Position numbers and translations under genes: made by a program
In this document: in pieces, positions 1 through 8,695 of the stretch
Position numbering within the stretch: the stretch's first letter is position 1
Layout: each line of letters starts with the position of its first letter
The notes under the pieces: generated by a model
Databases searched by the model: none
Told to the model about the DNA's origin: nothing
Seen by the model: the letters and a program-made list of their open reading frames with translations, nothing else
Assembly: GCA_016929295.1 (NCBI GenBank)
Contig: JAFGJB010000008.1
Coordinates: 12,917-76,916, forward strand
Origin: Candidatus Zhuqueibacterota bacterium
GTDB taxonomy: Bacteria > Zhuqueibacterota > Zhuqueibacteria > Residuimicrobiales > Krinioviventaceae
Length of the DNA stretch: 64,000 bases
Reading direction: 5' to 3'

Positions 1-672
1 TTGGCTCAGGTTGATGGCCGGATTATTGAAAAATATTTCGCCGGTTAATTCCGTGAAAATTTGCACAGATCGAATTGCCAATTTCATGCCAATACCGCCG
101 ATCAACTGGTCGGTTTCGCCGGCAACTATTTTTTTGCCGATGTCATGGCTTCTATATCCCGCATTGAGCGTGATTTTGACCGGGAGTGGCGATGCTGCCC
201 GGCGAAAATCGAGCGTCAACAGGCCCAGGAGTGCATAACCAACAGCGCCCTCACTATAGGGTTCATAGGCAAGCGGATGCATGCGCGCCGTGGGGAAATC
301 TGCAAAAGTGACGATGCCAAACTGCGGCGAACCCGGAATCGTTATTTTAAGACCAATTTTAGTGTCTCCCGGGGGTCCTATGACATGCACCTGATCCGAC
401 TGGTAAGGTACGAGATGGGCAAATGCTTCAAATCGTCTGCTTATTCCAAGCGTCAGACCGAGATTTATCGTATAGTCTTTTGCCAGTATGGCGGTATTGG
501 GAATTTTTGTGACGAAAAATGTGCCAAAGGGATTGAGATAAAAATCTCCCGCCGTTATTGTCTCCGCTTCGTAGAGACGAAGCATGCCTTTTCCACCCGT
601 CATGGTGACCTGGCTCAAAAGGCGTACGCTCAAAAGAATGTATAGTGCGAATATGTAAGGCTGTGATTTCAA
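1..672 (-). CDS. Putative outer-membrane beta-barrel protein (3' end runs off the window)
   Basis: Not in the ORF track. Translated by hand: open frame from TTG at 672 (or ATG at 603) to position 1, MKSQPYIFALYILLSVRLLSQVTMTGGKGMLRLYEAET...GDTKIGLK...LNAGYRSH...IGGIGMK. Signal-peptide-like N-terminus and amphipathic strand pattern. Confidence 0.6.
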   Translation of the reverse strand, partial: MKSQPYIFALYILLSVRLLSQVTMTGGKGMLRLYEAETITAGDFYLNPFGTFFVTKIPNTAILAKDYTINLGLTLGISRRFEAFAHLVPYQSDQVHVIGPPGDTKIGLKITIPGSPQFGIVTFADFPTARMHPLAYEPYSEGAVGYALLGLLTLDFRRAASPLPVKITLNAGYRSHDIGKKIVAGETDQLIGGIGMKLAIRSVQIFTELTGEIFFNNPAINLSQ

Positions 673-788
673 TGGCGCTCTCTGTTCAAGATACTGAACA
701 TCTAATGTACAGGTTGGATGGCTAAGAATCAACTTGTTTTTAAAGGGCTATTGCGGCCGAAAGCAGATGGCCCATGGCGCACTAGGGA

Positions 789-1244
789 TCAATCAGCGCT
801 GTCTTGCGGGAGCTTGAGTGCCGGGCGGCCGGCGCGATATCGCAGCCAGTTGATCGATTGATGCACCGGCTCGCGCGTGACAAACCATCGTTCAAAACGG
901 AATTTCCCGGGAAAATCGATCAGCATCAGGCCGATGAACATGGTCAACAGGCCTTGCCCCGGCAGAACGAGCATTATGACGCCGGCAAAAAGCAGGATGG
1001 AACCAAGGATATTTTTGCCCAGGAGCAAAAAAACTCTGAGCGCCGGATGCAGCGTGAGCCAGGGCTTGCGACGACGACCCTGATGAGCGAAATAATTGGC
1101 CGGCAAACGGATGATCAGGATGGGCATCAGAATCAGCGTGCCGGTGAACGTGAGGACAGATGTCACGCCCAAGATCAAGAGTAAAATGTTATTGTTGCGA
1201 ACCCAGTTCAGCAGCGCGTTCAGTAAGCAAGATGGATCACTCAT
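789..1244 (-). CDS. PGPGW-domain putative membrane protein
   Basis: Hydrophobic helices with MLVLPGQGLLTMFIGL motif; ATG at 1244 directly follows the upstream stop. Confidence 0.75.
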   Translation of the reverse strand: MSDPSCLLNALLNWVRNNNILLLILGVTSVLTFTGTLILMPILIIRLPANYFAHQGRRRKPWLTLHPALRVFLLLGKNILGSILLFAGVIMLVLPGQGLLTMFIGLMLIDFPGKFRFERWFVTREPVHQSINWLRYRAGRPALKLPQDSAD

Positions 1245-1246
1245 CT

Positions 1247-2140
1247 TCACCACCGTTGGCTTTGCTTGCCGGCGAGCCGTTCGATCGATTTAAGCAACGC
1301 CTGCGTACCCTCCTTACCCTCACCATGCGCCTGATTGCTGACGAACAGTTGATGCACGAGGCTCAGCGCCGGCGTGGCGACGAGCAGATCGCGGGCCGCC
1401 TCCAGAGCTAATTTCAGGTCTTTTTGTTGCAGATCGATCATAAAGCCGGGCGCAAAATCACGATTTACCATTTTAGCGCCGAGGTTGGCGAGTTGCCAGG
1501 ATCCGGCAGCGCCGTCCTTTGTTGCTTCGATCATGATGCGCGGATTGACGCCGGATGCTCTGGCGAACGTCACGGCCTCGCATACGGCCATATTTGTCAC
1601 CGAGACAAGAATCTGATTGCATAGCTTGACCGTCTGACCCATGCCGTTCGTCCCCACATGGGTGATGGCTTTCCCCATGGCCTGCAAGATCGGCAGGCAT
1701 CTTTCGAATACTGTATTATCGCCGCCGACCATAATGGCCAGGGTGGCGTTGATCGCGCCGGTGTCGCCGCCGCTGACCGGTGCATCGAGCATATCGACGC
1801 CGTTTTCAGCGAGGGCCAAAGCGATGTCGCGTGTGACAGCAGGTGAGATGGTGCTCATATCAATGACAACGCTGCCCGATTGCGCGCCCCGGATGACGCC
1901 CCGCTCACCCAGAATCACCTCCTGTACATCCGGCGAGTCGGACACCATGATGATGATGACGTCCGACCGGCTCGCCACCTGCTCCGGTGAGGATGCTGCG
2001 TCAGCTCCTGCCGCTGTCACCTCCGCGATCTTGGCGGCCGTGCGGTTCCATGCTGTCACTGCAAAGCCGGCTTTTAACAAGTTGAGACACATGGGCCTGC
2101 CCATGATGCCGAGCCCGATGAATCCAATCCTATCCATCAT
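1247..2140 (-). CDS. NAD(P)-dependent beta-hydroxyacid dehydrogenase (2-hydroxy-3-oxopropionate reductase / 3-hydroxyisobutyrate dehydrogenase family)
   Basis: GFIGLGIMG Rossmann motif, DAPVSGG, catalytic Lys in VKLCNQ, KDL motif. Confidence 0.9.
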   Translation of the reverse strand: MMDRIGFIGLGIMGRPMCLNLLKAGFAVTAWNRTAAKIAEVTAAGADAASSPEQVASRSDVIIIMVSDSPDVQEVILGERGVIRGAQSGSVVIDMSTISPAVTRDIALALAENGVDMLDAPVSGGDTGAINATLAIMVGGDNTVFERCLPILQAMGKAITHVGTNGMGQTVKLCNQILVSVTNMAVCEAVTFARASGVNPRIMIEATKDGAAGSWQLANLGAKMVNRDFAPGFMIDLQQKDLKLALEAARDLLVATPALSLVHQLFVSNQAHGEGKEGTQALLKSIERLAGKQSQRW

Positions 2141-2205
2141 ATCTCCATTATATACAACTGTTATTTCTTTTCTTGTTCTTTGTATGCTCTATTCCGTATC
2201 CCTGT

Positions 2206-3444
2206 CTAGAACAAATCGATGAGCGCAAAATAGGTCGTCAGTAGCGAGAATAACACCACCGCTGCCAATCCACAGTTCAGTTTTGCAGTCGCTTTGTGAT
2301 TCTTCAAGAGTTCTTTGTCATTGATCAATATGAAGATCGGGATGGCCACGGCCGGCAGAATGCACGCCTGAAAGGCTTGCGAAAAAATCATCATCGCCGG
2401 CGGTTGGCGCTGCAGAATCTCCAGGCCAAAGCAGAACAAAAGGCCGATGAATCCGAGAATGCGGTAAAGCGGCGACCGTATATCTCGCGGTCGTCCCGTG
2501 TAATCGGATACCAGCCACGGTGCGATGAGGATGATCGGAAAAATCGTCGACAGTCCGGCAGCAGCAATGCCGAAAATGAGAATGAAGGCGGCGATTTTTC
2601 CGCCGATGGGTTGAAAGAGATGGATCATTTCAACGGTGTTTTCGAGTTCCATTCCCATGACGTGCAATGTCCCCGCACTCACTGCCATGATAATGCCGCT
2701 GAGGAAGAGCATGGACGTCGCCGAGACAAAAGCGTCCTTTTTTTCGGTATCGAGATCCGCGGCGGTCCATCCTTTTTCAGCGACGACGATGCTGCGGATG
2801 ATGAAGACAGCGGCCGAACAGGTTGTCCCCGCCATGGCCGCAACGAGTGCGAAAGCGCCCGGTTCGTCCGGCACGCGCGGCACAAGTCCGGTCAGTAAAG
2901 CGGTGAAACTCGGTCTGACCATAAAAAAGACGACGATGAAACAGAGTCCCATTAAAATGACAAAAAATGTCAGAACTCGCTCAAAATGGTGATAGCGTCC
3001 GTGCCACAAGAGAGCGTACATAGTGACGACGAGAATGACTATGATCCAGAATCTACTCAGACCTGTATAGCCCCACTGCAGTCGCACGCCCTCCTGCAGG
3101 AGATCAGCGACGATGCCGGTGACCCCCATGAGGGCGAGCAGCTCGCCGAGGATGAGAGCAATCATAATATAGAGCGCCAAAATATTGCCATATTTCCATC
3201 GCGTCTTTATGTTAAAGAGGGCGGTTCGGCCGGTCACCAGAGTGACTTTTCCGTATGCCACCATGAGCACATAGGTGAAGATGCAGGATAGCAGAAGCGC
3301 CCAGAACAGGGCCATGCCGTATTTAGCGCCGGATCTGGCCATTGTCGTCACGCTGCCCGTCCCGATGTTGTAGCCAATGAGGAACAAACCGGGTCCTATG
3401 GCGGAGAGTGCAATCAGGAGTTTGTTGCTGGTTTTGGCGGACAT
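2206..3444 (-). CDS. NRAMP-like (YcsG-type) membrane transporter
   Basis: IGPGL...NIGTGSVTT...GAKYG N-terminus and about 11 TM helices; canonical DPGN motif absent. Confidence 0.8.
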   Translation of the reverse strand: MSAKTSNKLLIALSAIGPGLFLIGYNIGTGSVTTMARSGAKYGMALFWALLLSCIFTYVLMVAYGKVTLVTGRTALFNIKTRWKYGNILALYIMIALILGELLALMGVTGIVADLLQEGVRLQWGYTGLSRFWIIVILVVTMYALLWHGRYHHFERVLTFFVILMGLCFIVVFFMVRPSFTALLTGLVPRVPDEPGAFALVAAMAGTTCSAAVFIIRSIVVAEKGWTAADLDTEKKDAFVSATSMLFLSGIIMAVSAGTLHVMGMELENTVEMIHLFQPIGGKIAAFILIFGIAAAGLSTIFPIILIAPWLVSDYTGRPRDIRSPLYRILGFIGLLFCFGLEILQRQPPAMMIFSQAFQACILPAVAIPIFILINDKELLKNHKATAKLNCGLAAVVLFSLLTTYFALIDLF

Positions 3445-3517
3445 GAGTTACTCTTCATTTCAATTCTCTCCACTCTAATAACTTGGCGCGGCCTCCGGCT
3501 GCAACCAAAAAGCCAAG

Positions 3518-3716
3518 ACCGCCGAGGGCGCAGAGCCACGCAGAGAAAAATTCCAAGATATTCTTTCATATTCTTTTTAATCGACAAATATCAATGTACT
3601 GAATCCTTCAGAAGAAATCCTGCAGGAAGACACAAGGTATCACAATAAAAAGCAAAATTAGTCCATTGTGTTTTCATGTTTTGATTTTCTCGGCGCTTCT
3701 TTGCGGTCTCTGCGGT
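3518..3716. repeat. Imperfect 32-bp inverted repeat pair (MITE/REP-like) built from 9-bp CGCAGAG-type units
   Basis: 3518-3549 accgccgagggcgcagagccacgcagagaaaa versus reverse complement of 3685-3716 accgcagagaccgcaaagaagcgccgagaaaa: 24/32 identical. Confidence 0.65.
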
Positions 3717-3872
3717 TTTCTTTTTCATATGATCTAAAACTTTGTTAATAAAACACGATGTTGTCACCTTGTAGCACAAAGTAGACTTGATTCGGTATTG
3801 TCCTGTCAGATTGGACGCGGTCGAGTTGAAGACGTCACACGATCTGTGAGCACAGCTTGTCTTGCCAAAGAA

Positions 3873-5087
3873 TCAGTCCGCTGAAAACACCTCTGCGCCC
3901 GCTAAAATGGTCCGCATCACTTTCAATTTGCCATCTTGCAGGCTAAATACGACCAGGTCAGCGCGTTTTCCGGGCCGCAATTCCCCGCGATCGTCCAGAC
4001 CAAAATGGCGCGCCTGATTGCGCGTTGCCATGTGAATGGCGTCGGCAAGAGAGCAATGCGTCCAGGCCATGATGTTTTGTACACCATGTCCGATGGGCAG
4101 GGATGCTCCGGCCAGGACGTTTTGCTCCGGATATTTAATGAGACCGTCCGGCGTCATGACCACTTTTTTCCCGCCCGCCAGGTATTCGCCCGGCGGCAAT
4201 CCCGCCAGGTCGAGCGCGTCAGAGATGAGCAATACGCGCTCGGCGCCCTTGACTTTGTAAAAAGTCCGCACTTCTTCAGGACGCAGATGATGTCCGTCCA
4301 CAATGAGAGAAGGGGAGAGGCGATCGTCGCTGAGTTGCGGCCACAAGGGATTGTCATGGCGATGGATCATGTTGGCGCAACCGTTCCCTAAATGCGTCGA
4401 TATCGATGCCCCGGCATCGACGGCTCTTTTGATCTGTTCGGCATTGGCGGCTGTGTGGCCGATCGCGACAACCATGCCGCGGCTGACGGCTGCTTCGATC
4501 AAATCGATGGCGCCCTCGAGCTCGGGAGCGAGGGTGAGGAGAAGAATCTTGCCATCAGCCGCCGCGTCGTATTCCAGGAATTGCGCCACGTCGGCCTGGC
4601 GGACGAATTCTTTCAAGTGAGCGCCACGAAAGCCGTCTTCGGATGATATATATGGCCCTTCAAGATGAAATCCGGGTATGGATAGCCCAATATCCTCCTC
4701 CAGAGCTGCTTTCGCCAATATCACAAAATTGGCCTTTATGCGTTCGTGGCTGTTTGTAATGATGGTGGGAAAGAACGTCGTCACGCCATTTTCCCACAGC
4801 GCCCGCGTTGCTTGACGAATATTCTCTAATGACAAATTTTCACCGCTGAAATCGATCGATGCATAACCGTTGATCTGAATGTCGATAAAGCCGGGAGCAA
4901 TATAATCCAAATGGTCCTTCTGCGACTCTGGCAAGCGAACGATCCTGGAGATGACGCCGTCATCTATTTCGATACGGATTGGCGACTGATCGAGGTAAAA
5001 CAGACCTTCTACGGACTGTACGATATCTCCCATGGCAAGGAGCGCGGAATGGATGATGAAAGTACCAATGATGATGAGCCTCTTCAT
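3873..5087 (-). CDS. nagA: N-acetylglucosamine-6-phosphate deacetylase-like amidohydrolase with N-terminal signal-like peptide
   Basis: PGFIDIQING, HLEGP, GHT, THLGN, DGHH and SDA motifs. GGAG RBS precedes ATG 5087. Confidence 0.85.
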   Translation of the reverse strand: MKRLIIIGTFIIHSALLAMGDIVQSVEGLFYLDQSPIRIEIDDGVISRIVRLPESQKDHLDYIAPGFIDIQINGYASIDFSGENLSLENIRQATRALWENGVTTFFPTIITNSHERIKANFVILAKAALEEDIGLSIPGFHLEGPYISSEDGFRGAHLKEFVRQADVAQFLEYDAAADGKILLLTLAPELEGAIDLIEAAVSRGMVVAIGHTAANAEQIKRAVDAGASISTHLGNGCANMIHRHDNPLWPQLSDDRLSPSLIVDGHHLRPEEVRTFYKVKGAERVLLISDALDLAGLPPGEYLAGGKKVVMTPDGLIKYPEQNVLAGASLPIGHGVQNIMAWTHCSLADAIHMATRNQARHFGLDDRGELRPGKRADLVVFSLQDGKLKVMRTILAGAEVFSAD

Positions 5088-5417
5088 GTGCAACTCCATA
5101 ATATTTCATAAATCATAATCTTCATGCTCCTATGCTCGGCAGGGACGTTCGCGCTGCAACTCGCCGGACAAAATTGCGGCGATCGATGATCTTTATCACC
5201 AAAAACCTCCGTCGGACAGGTTCGCGAAACCAACCGGCACAAAATGGCATTGTTTTGCGACTTTTGCAAGAATAAAGTTGACGAGAAATTGCCCCTTTGA
5301 ATGCAGGGCTATCTATTAATCATTTGTTTTCAGCAATGCAATTGGTATATTCGCAAAAGTGACCGAGTGGATTGAACATAAAGCACGTGCTGAGCAAATC
5401 AAACGGTTAAGATTTCA

Positions 5418-6464
5418 ATGAAAAATATCTTTGCCAAACTCACGCCGGGCGTGGCCAAAGAGGTTGCGCTCGCCCGAGTTCTGCAGGCCCTGACTTTCAA
5501 AAGGGTGTGGAACGCTCTCGTCAACGTGCTTTCTTTCCTCATCTCGGCTATCAGCAAAAAGCCGGTCGTCTGGGGCTACCCACCCATCGTCAACATCGAA
5601 CCAACGAACATTTGCAATCTAAGGTGTCCCCTCTGCGTCACCGGCAGCCGGGCGATGAAACGCCCGCGCGGTCATATGGATTACCGCCATTTTAAGAAAT
5701 TTATCGATCAGGTGGCGGAAAAGATCATTTATCTCACTTTGTACCATCAGGGCGAGCCCTACCTTCACCGGCAATTCAATGATATGGTGGCCTATGCCAA
5801 ATCCAAAGGTCTCTATGTCGCCACGAGCACAAATGGCCATTTTTTTTCGCCGGAGATGGCCGCGGCAGTTGTGCAGAGCGGACTGGACAGCATGATCATT
5901 TCTCTTGATGGCGTCACCCAGGAGAGCTATGCAAAATATCGCGTGCTCGGTCAGCTTGACACAGTACTGGATGGCATTCGCAATCTGGTGGCTGCAAAAA
6001 AAAAGGCAAAGAGCAAGGTGCCCCGGCTTTTTTTGCAGTTCCTGGTGATGCGGCAGAATGAGCACGAAATTGACGCGGTGAGACGACTGGCCAAAGAACT
6101 CGGTGTGGATCGACTGCTCATCAAGACGGCTCAGGTGACGACGCTGGCAGAAGCAAAAAAATGGCTGCCGGAAAACGATCGCTATCGTCGCTACGAATTG
6201 ACGAACGATGCCTGGCGAGTCAAGCGCGGGCAAGGTGTGTGCCCTCGGCTATGGATGACGACGCTCATCGATTGGGATGGACAGGTCGTACCCTGTTGTT
6301 TTGACAAGAATGGCGACTATGCGATGGGTGATCTGGCAAAAGGCTGTTTTGATGACATCTGGCGAGAGCAAAGATATCGCGATTTTCGTCAGCGAATGCT
6401 GAACGATCGCAATTCAATCGACATATGCAGAAATTGTAATTATGGCATCGGCTTGTTCAAGTAG
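5418..6464 (+). CDS. Radical SAM / SPASM-domain protein
   Basis: CNLRCPLC (CxxxCxxC), GEP, C-terminal CPRLW...PCC...CRNC. Confidence 0.9.
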   Translation: MKNIFAKLTPGVAKEVALARVLQALTFKRVWNALVNVLSFLISAISKKPVVWGYPPIVNIEPTNICNLRCPLCVTGSRAMKRPRGHMDYRHFKKFIDQVAEKIIYLTLYHQGEPYLHRQFNDMVAYAKSKGLYVATSTNGHFFSPEMAAAVVQSGLDSMIISLDGVTQESYAKYRVLGQLDTVLDGIRNLVAAKKKAKSKVPRLFLQFLVMRQNEHEIDAVRRLAKELGVDRLLIKTAQVTTLAEAKKWLPENDRYRRYELTNDAWRVKRGQGVCPRLWMTTLIDWDGQVVPCCFDKNGDYAMGDLAKGCFDDIWREQRYRDFRQRMLNDRNSIDICRNCNYGIGLFK

Positions 6465-6476
6465 GACGGACCCAAG

Positions 6477-7310
6477 ATGAAGGAAAATTCTGACGATTCT
6501 TTTTATCGAGAGTTTCACAGCAAGCTCACTTATAACAATCCGGAAAAACTAAAGATCGCCCGTGAGATGCTGGAGCGCTACACCGGATCAGCCATTGATG
6601 ATTTTCAGAAATATATTCTGCTGACGAATTTCGATAAATATATCGATGTATTTGCACGACGATATCGGAGTGCAAAGCAAACGGGATCGATGTGGTCTGC
6701 CGTACATAGCCGGGAAAGTCATGTGACGATGATTGATTTCAAAATCGGCGCGCCCACCGCCGCTCTGGTGATAGAGTTGTTGAGCGTCATTGAACCACAG
6801 GCGGTGCTGTTTCTGGGCATGTGCGGCGGATTGCATGAATCTCTGCTGGTGGGCGATTTCATCCTGCCGATGGCCGCCATTCGTGATGAAGGCGTATCGC
6901 ATCATTTCATTCTGCCGCAGGTGCCGTCTTTGCCAACCTTTAAGATTCAAAAGTTTGTCAGCCAGATGCTGGTTGAGGAAGGGCTGGATTATCGCACTGG
7001 TGTCGTCCATACGACTGACTATCGATTTTGGGAATTTGATGAGATTTTTAAGAGAAAGCTGTATGAAGAGCGCGCCATCGCCATAGAAATGGAATCAGCG
7101 GCGCTGTTTTCGGTCGGATTTGTCAGCAAAGTGCCGATCGGCGCCTTGCTGCTGGTGTCGGATTTGCCGCTGCAGAGGGGCGGGATAAAGACAAAAGCCT
7201 CAGCGAAAGCCGTGTTTGCATCCTATACGGAGCTGCACATCAATATTGGCATAAAGGCCATCACTGAAATTCAGAACAAGGGTGAGCATATCAGACACTA
7301 TCGCTGGTAG
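6477..7310 (+). CDS. amn: AMP nucleosidase (short, Bacteroidota-like type)
   Basis: LERYTG, ILLTNF, FLGMCGGL, IEMESAALF, LLLVSDLP...GIKT. Confidence 0.88.
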   Translation: MKENSDDSFYREFHSKLTYNNPEKLKIAREMLERYTGSAIDDFQKYILLTNFDKYIDVFARRYRSAKQTGSMWSAVHSRESHVTMIDFKIGAPTAALVIELLSVIEPQAVLFLGMCGGLHESLLVGDFILPMAAIRDEGVSHHFILPQVPSLPTFKIQKFVSQMLVEEGLDYRTGVVHTTDYRFWEFDEIFKRKLYEERAIAIEMESAALFSVGFVSKVPIGALLLVSDLPLQRGGIKTKASAKAVFASYTELHINIGIKAITEIQNKGEHIRHYRW

Positions 7311-8464
7311 TGCGAGAGTCGTTCGATCCCCGTTTTTATGTTATCGAGCGAATTCGCATAGGAAAAGCGTAAAAATCCCTCCGCGTTGCTGCCAAAATCA
7401 ATGCCGGGATCAAGCGCCACATGCACCTTTTCCAGAATATCAAAAGCAAGATTGTATGAATTGCTATCCAGATGTCGAGCGTCTGCGAGGATATAAAATG
7501 CTCCCCTGGGTTCAAAGGCGATATTAAAACCCAGGCCGGGGAGTTGATCCAGCAGATAACGGCGTCTTATGTCATACGTTTTCACCATCTCGTCGAGTTC
7601 GGGGTGATAGTCATTCAACGCCGATACGCCGGCCCATTGCGCGATCGAACTGGCGCATATGAAAAGATTTTGCTGTGATTTTTGTATCGGTCTGATGTAC
7701 GCTGTTGGCGCAATGATATAGCCGAGACGGAATCCGGTCATCGCATAATATTTGGAAAAACCGTTGAGAACAAAAGCACGATCGGTGTATTCCAGGATCG
7801 AATGTTCCTTCTCTCCGTACACCAGGCCGTGATAGATTTCGTCGGAGATGATCAGCTGGCCGAGGTCGGCCAGTTCCTGCATGTTCATCGGTGGCATGAG
7901 TGTGCCGGTCGGATTGGCCGGGCTGTTGATAATGATGGCTTTTGTCTTTGCTGAGATATGTTTTGTCACCAGATTCGCATCGAGAATAAAGCCGTTCGCG
8001 GCATCGACCGGAATCTCAATCACTTTGCCGCCGAGGAAACGGATAAAATTGGGGTAGCACGCGTATGCCGGATTTGACAGTATAATCTCGTCGCCCGGAT
8101 TGAGCAAAGTGGCCAGCACCAGAAGCAGCGCCGGAGATGTGCCCTGAGTGATGATGATTTGATCCGGATCTATTTGCACTCCGTAACGTCTCCTGTAGTG
8201 ATCCGATATCGCGCAACGCAACTGGAGAATACCCAGGCTATGGGTGTAATGCGTCTCCCCGCGTTCGAGCGCGTCAATGGCCGCTCGCTTCACTTTGGCG
8301 GGCGGCGCAAAATCCGGTTCGCCCACTTCCATATGAATGATGTGATGGCCCGCTGCTTCGAGCGCTTTGGCGCGCTCAAGAACATCCATGACAAGAAACG
8401 GCGGAATATCGCGTGACCGTTGAGAGATCATCCTGCTCCTCATGTTGTTTTCCACTGCTGTCAA
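7298..8464 (-). CDS. PLP-dependent aminotransferase class I/II (AspC-like); start may be 8443 or 8431
   Basis: GEPDF, NSPANPTG, SDEIY, FSKYYAMTGFRLG. Confidence 0.92.
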   Translation of the reverse strand: MTAVENNMRSRMISQRSRDIPPFLVMDVLERAKALEAAGHHIIHMEVGEPDFAPPAKVKRAAIDALERGETHYTHSLGILQLRCAISDHYRRRYGVQIDPDQIIITQGTSPALLLVLATLLNPGDEIILSNPAYACYPNFIRFLGGKVIEIPVDAANGFILDANLVTKHISAKTKAIIINSPANPTGTLMPPMNMQELADLGQLIISDEIYHGLVYGEKEHSILEYTDRAFVLNGFSKYYAMTGFRLGYIIAPTAYIRPIQKSQQNLFICASSIAQWAGVSALNDYHPELDEMVKTYDIRRRYLLDQLPGLGFNIAFEPRGAFYILADARHLDSNSYNLAFDILEKVHVALDPGIDFGSNAEGFLRFSYANSLDNIKTGIERLSHYQR

Positions 8465-8509
8465 TATAACTTATCTCTCTTTCGATTGCAAGACCCAATA
8501 TGATCGTCA

Positions 8510-8538
8510 TTGACATTCATTTATATTTTCGATATATT
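8510..8538 (+). promoter_or_regulatory. Sigma70-type promoter for hppA
   Basis: TTGACA (8510-15), 17-bp spacer, TATATT (8533-38). Confidence 0.65.
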
Positions 8539-8695
8539 CTGCAGTTTTATTCGAAAAAATCCACCATAGCTAGAGTCCGTCACTGGAATGAGGCCATCTT
8601 TTACGCAAAGATGGCAGATGCGCCGTCGAGCATCCATGATGAACATCGACTTGCATCGTGTCAGAACAATGATAAAATAAACAGCTAAAGGAGAA

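Noticed and set aside
61..645. 194-aa plus-strand ORF
   Set aside because: Shadow of the minus-strand barrel-like gene that runs off the window edge.
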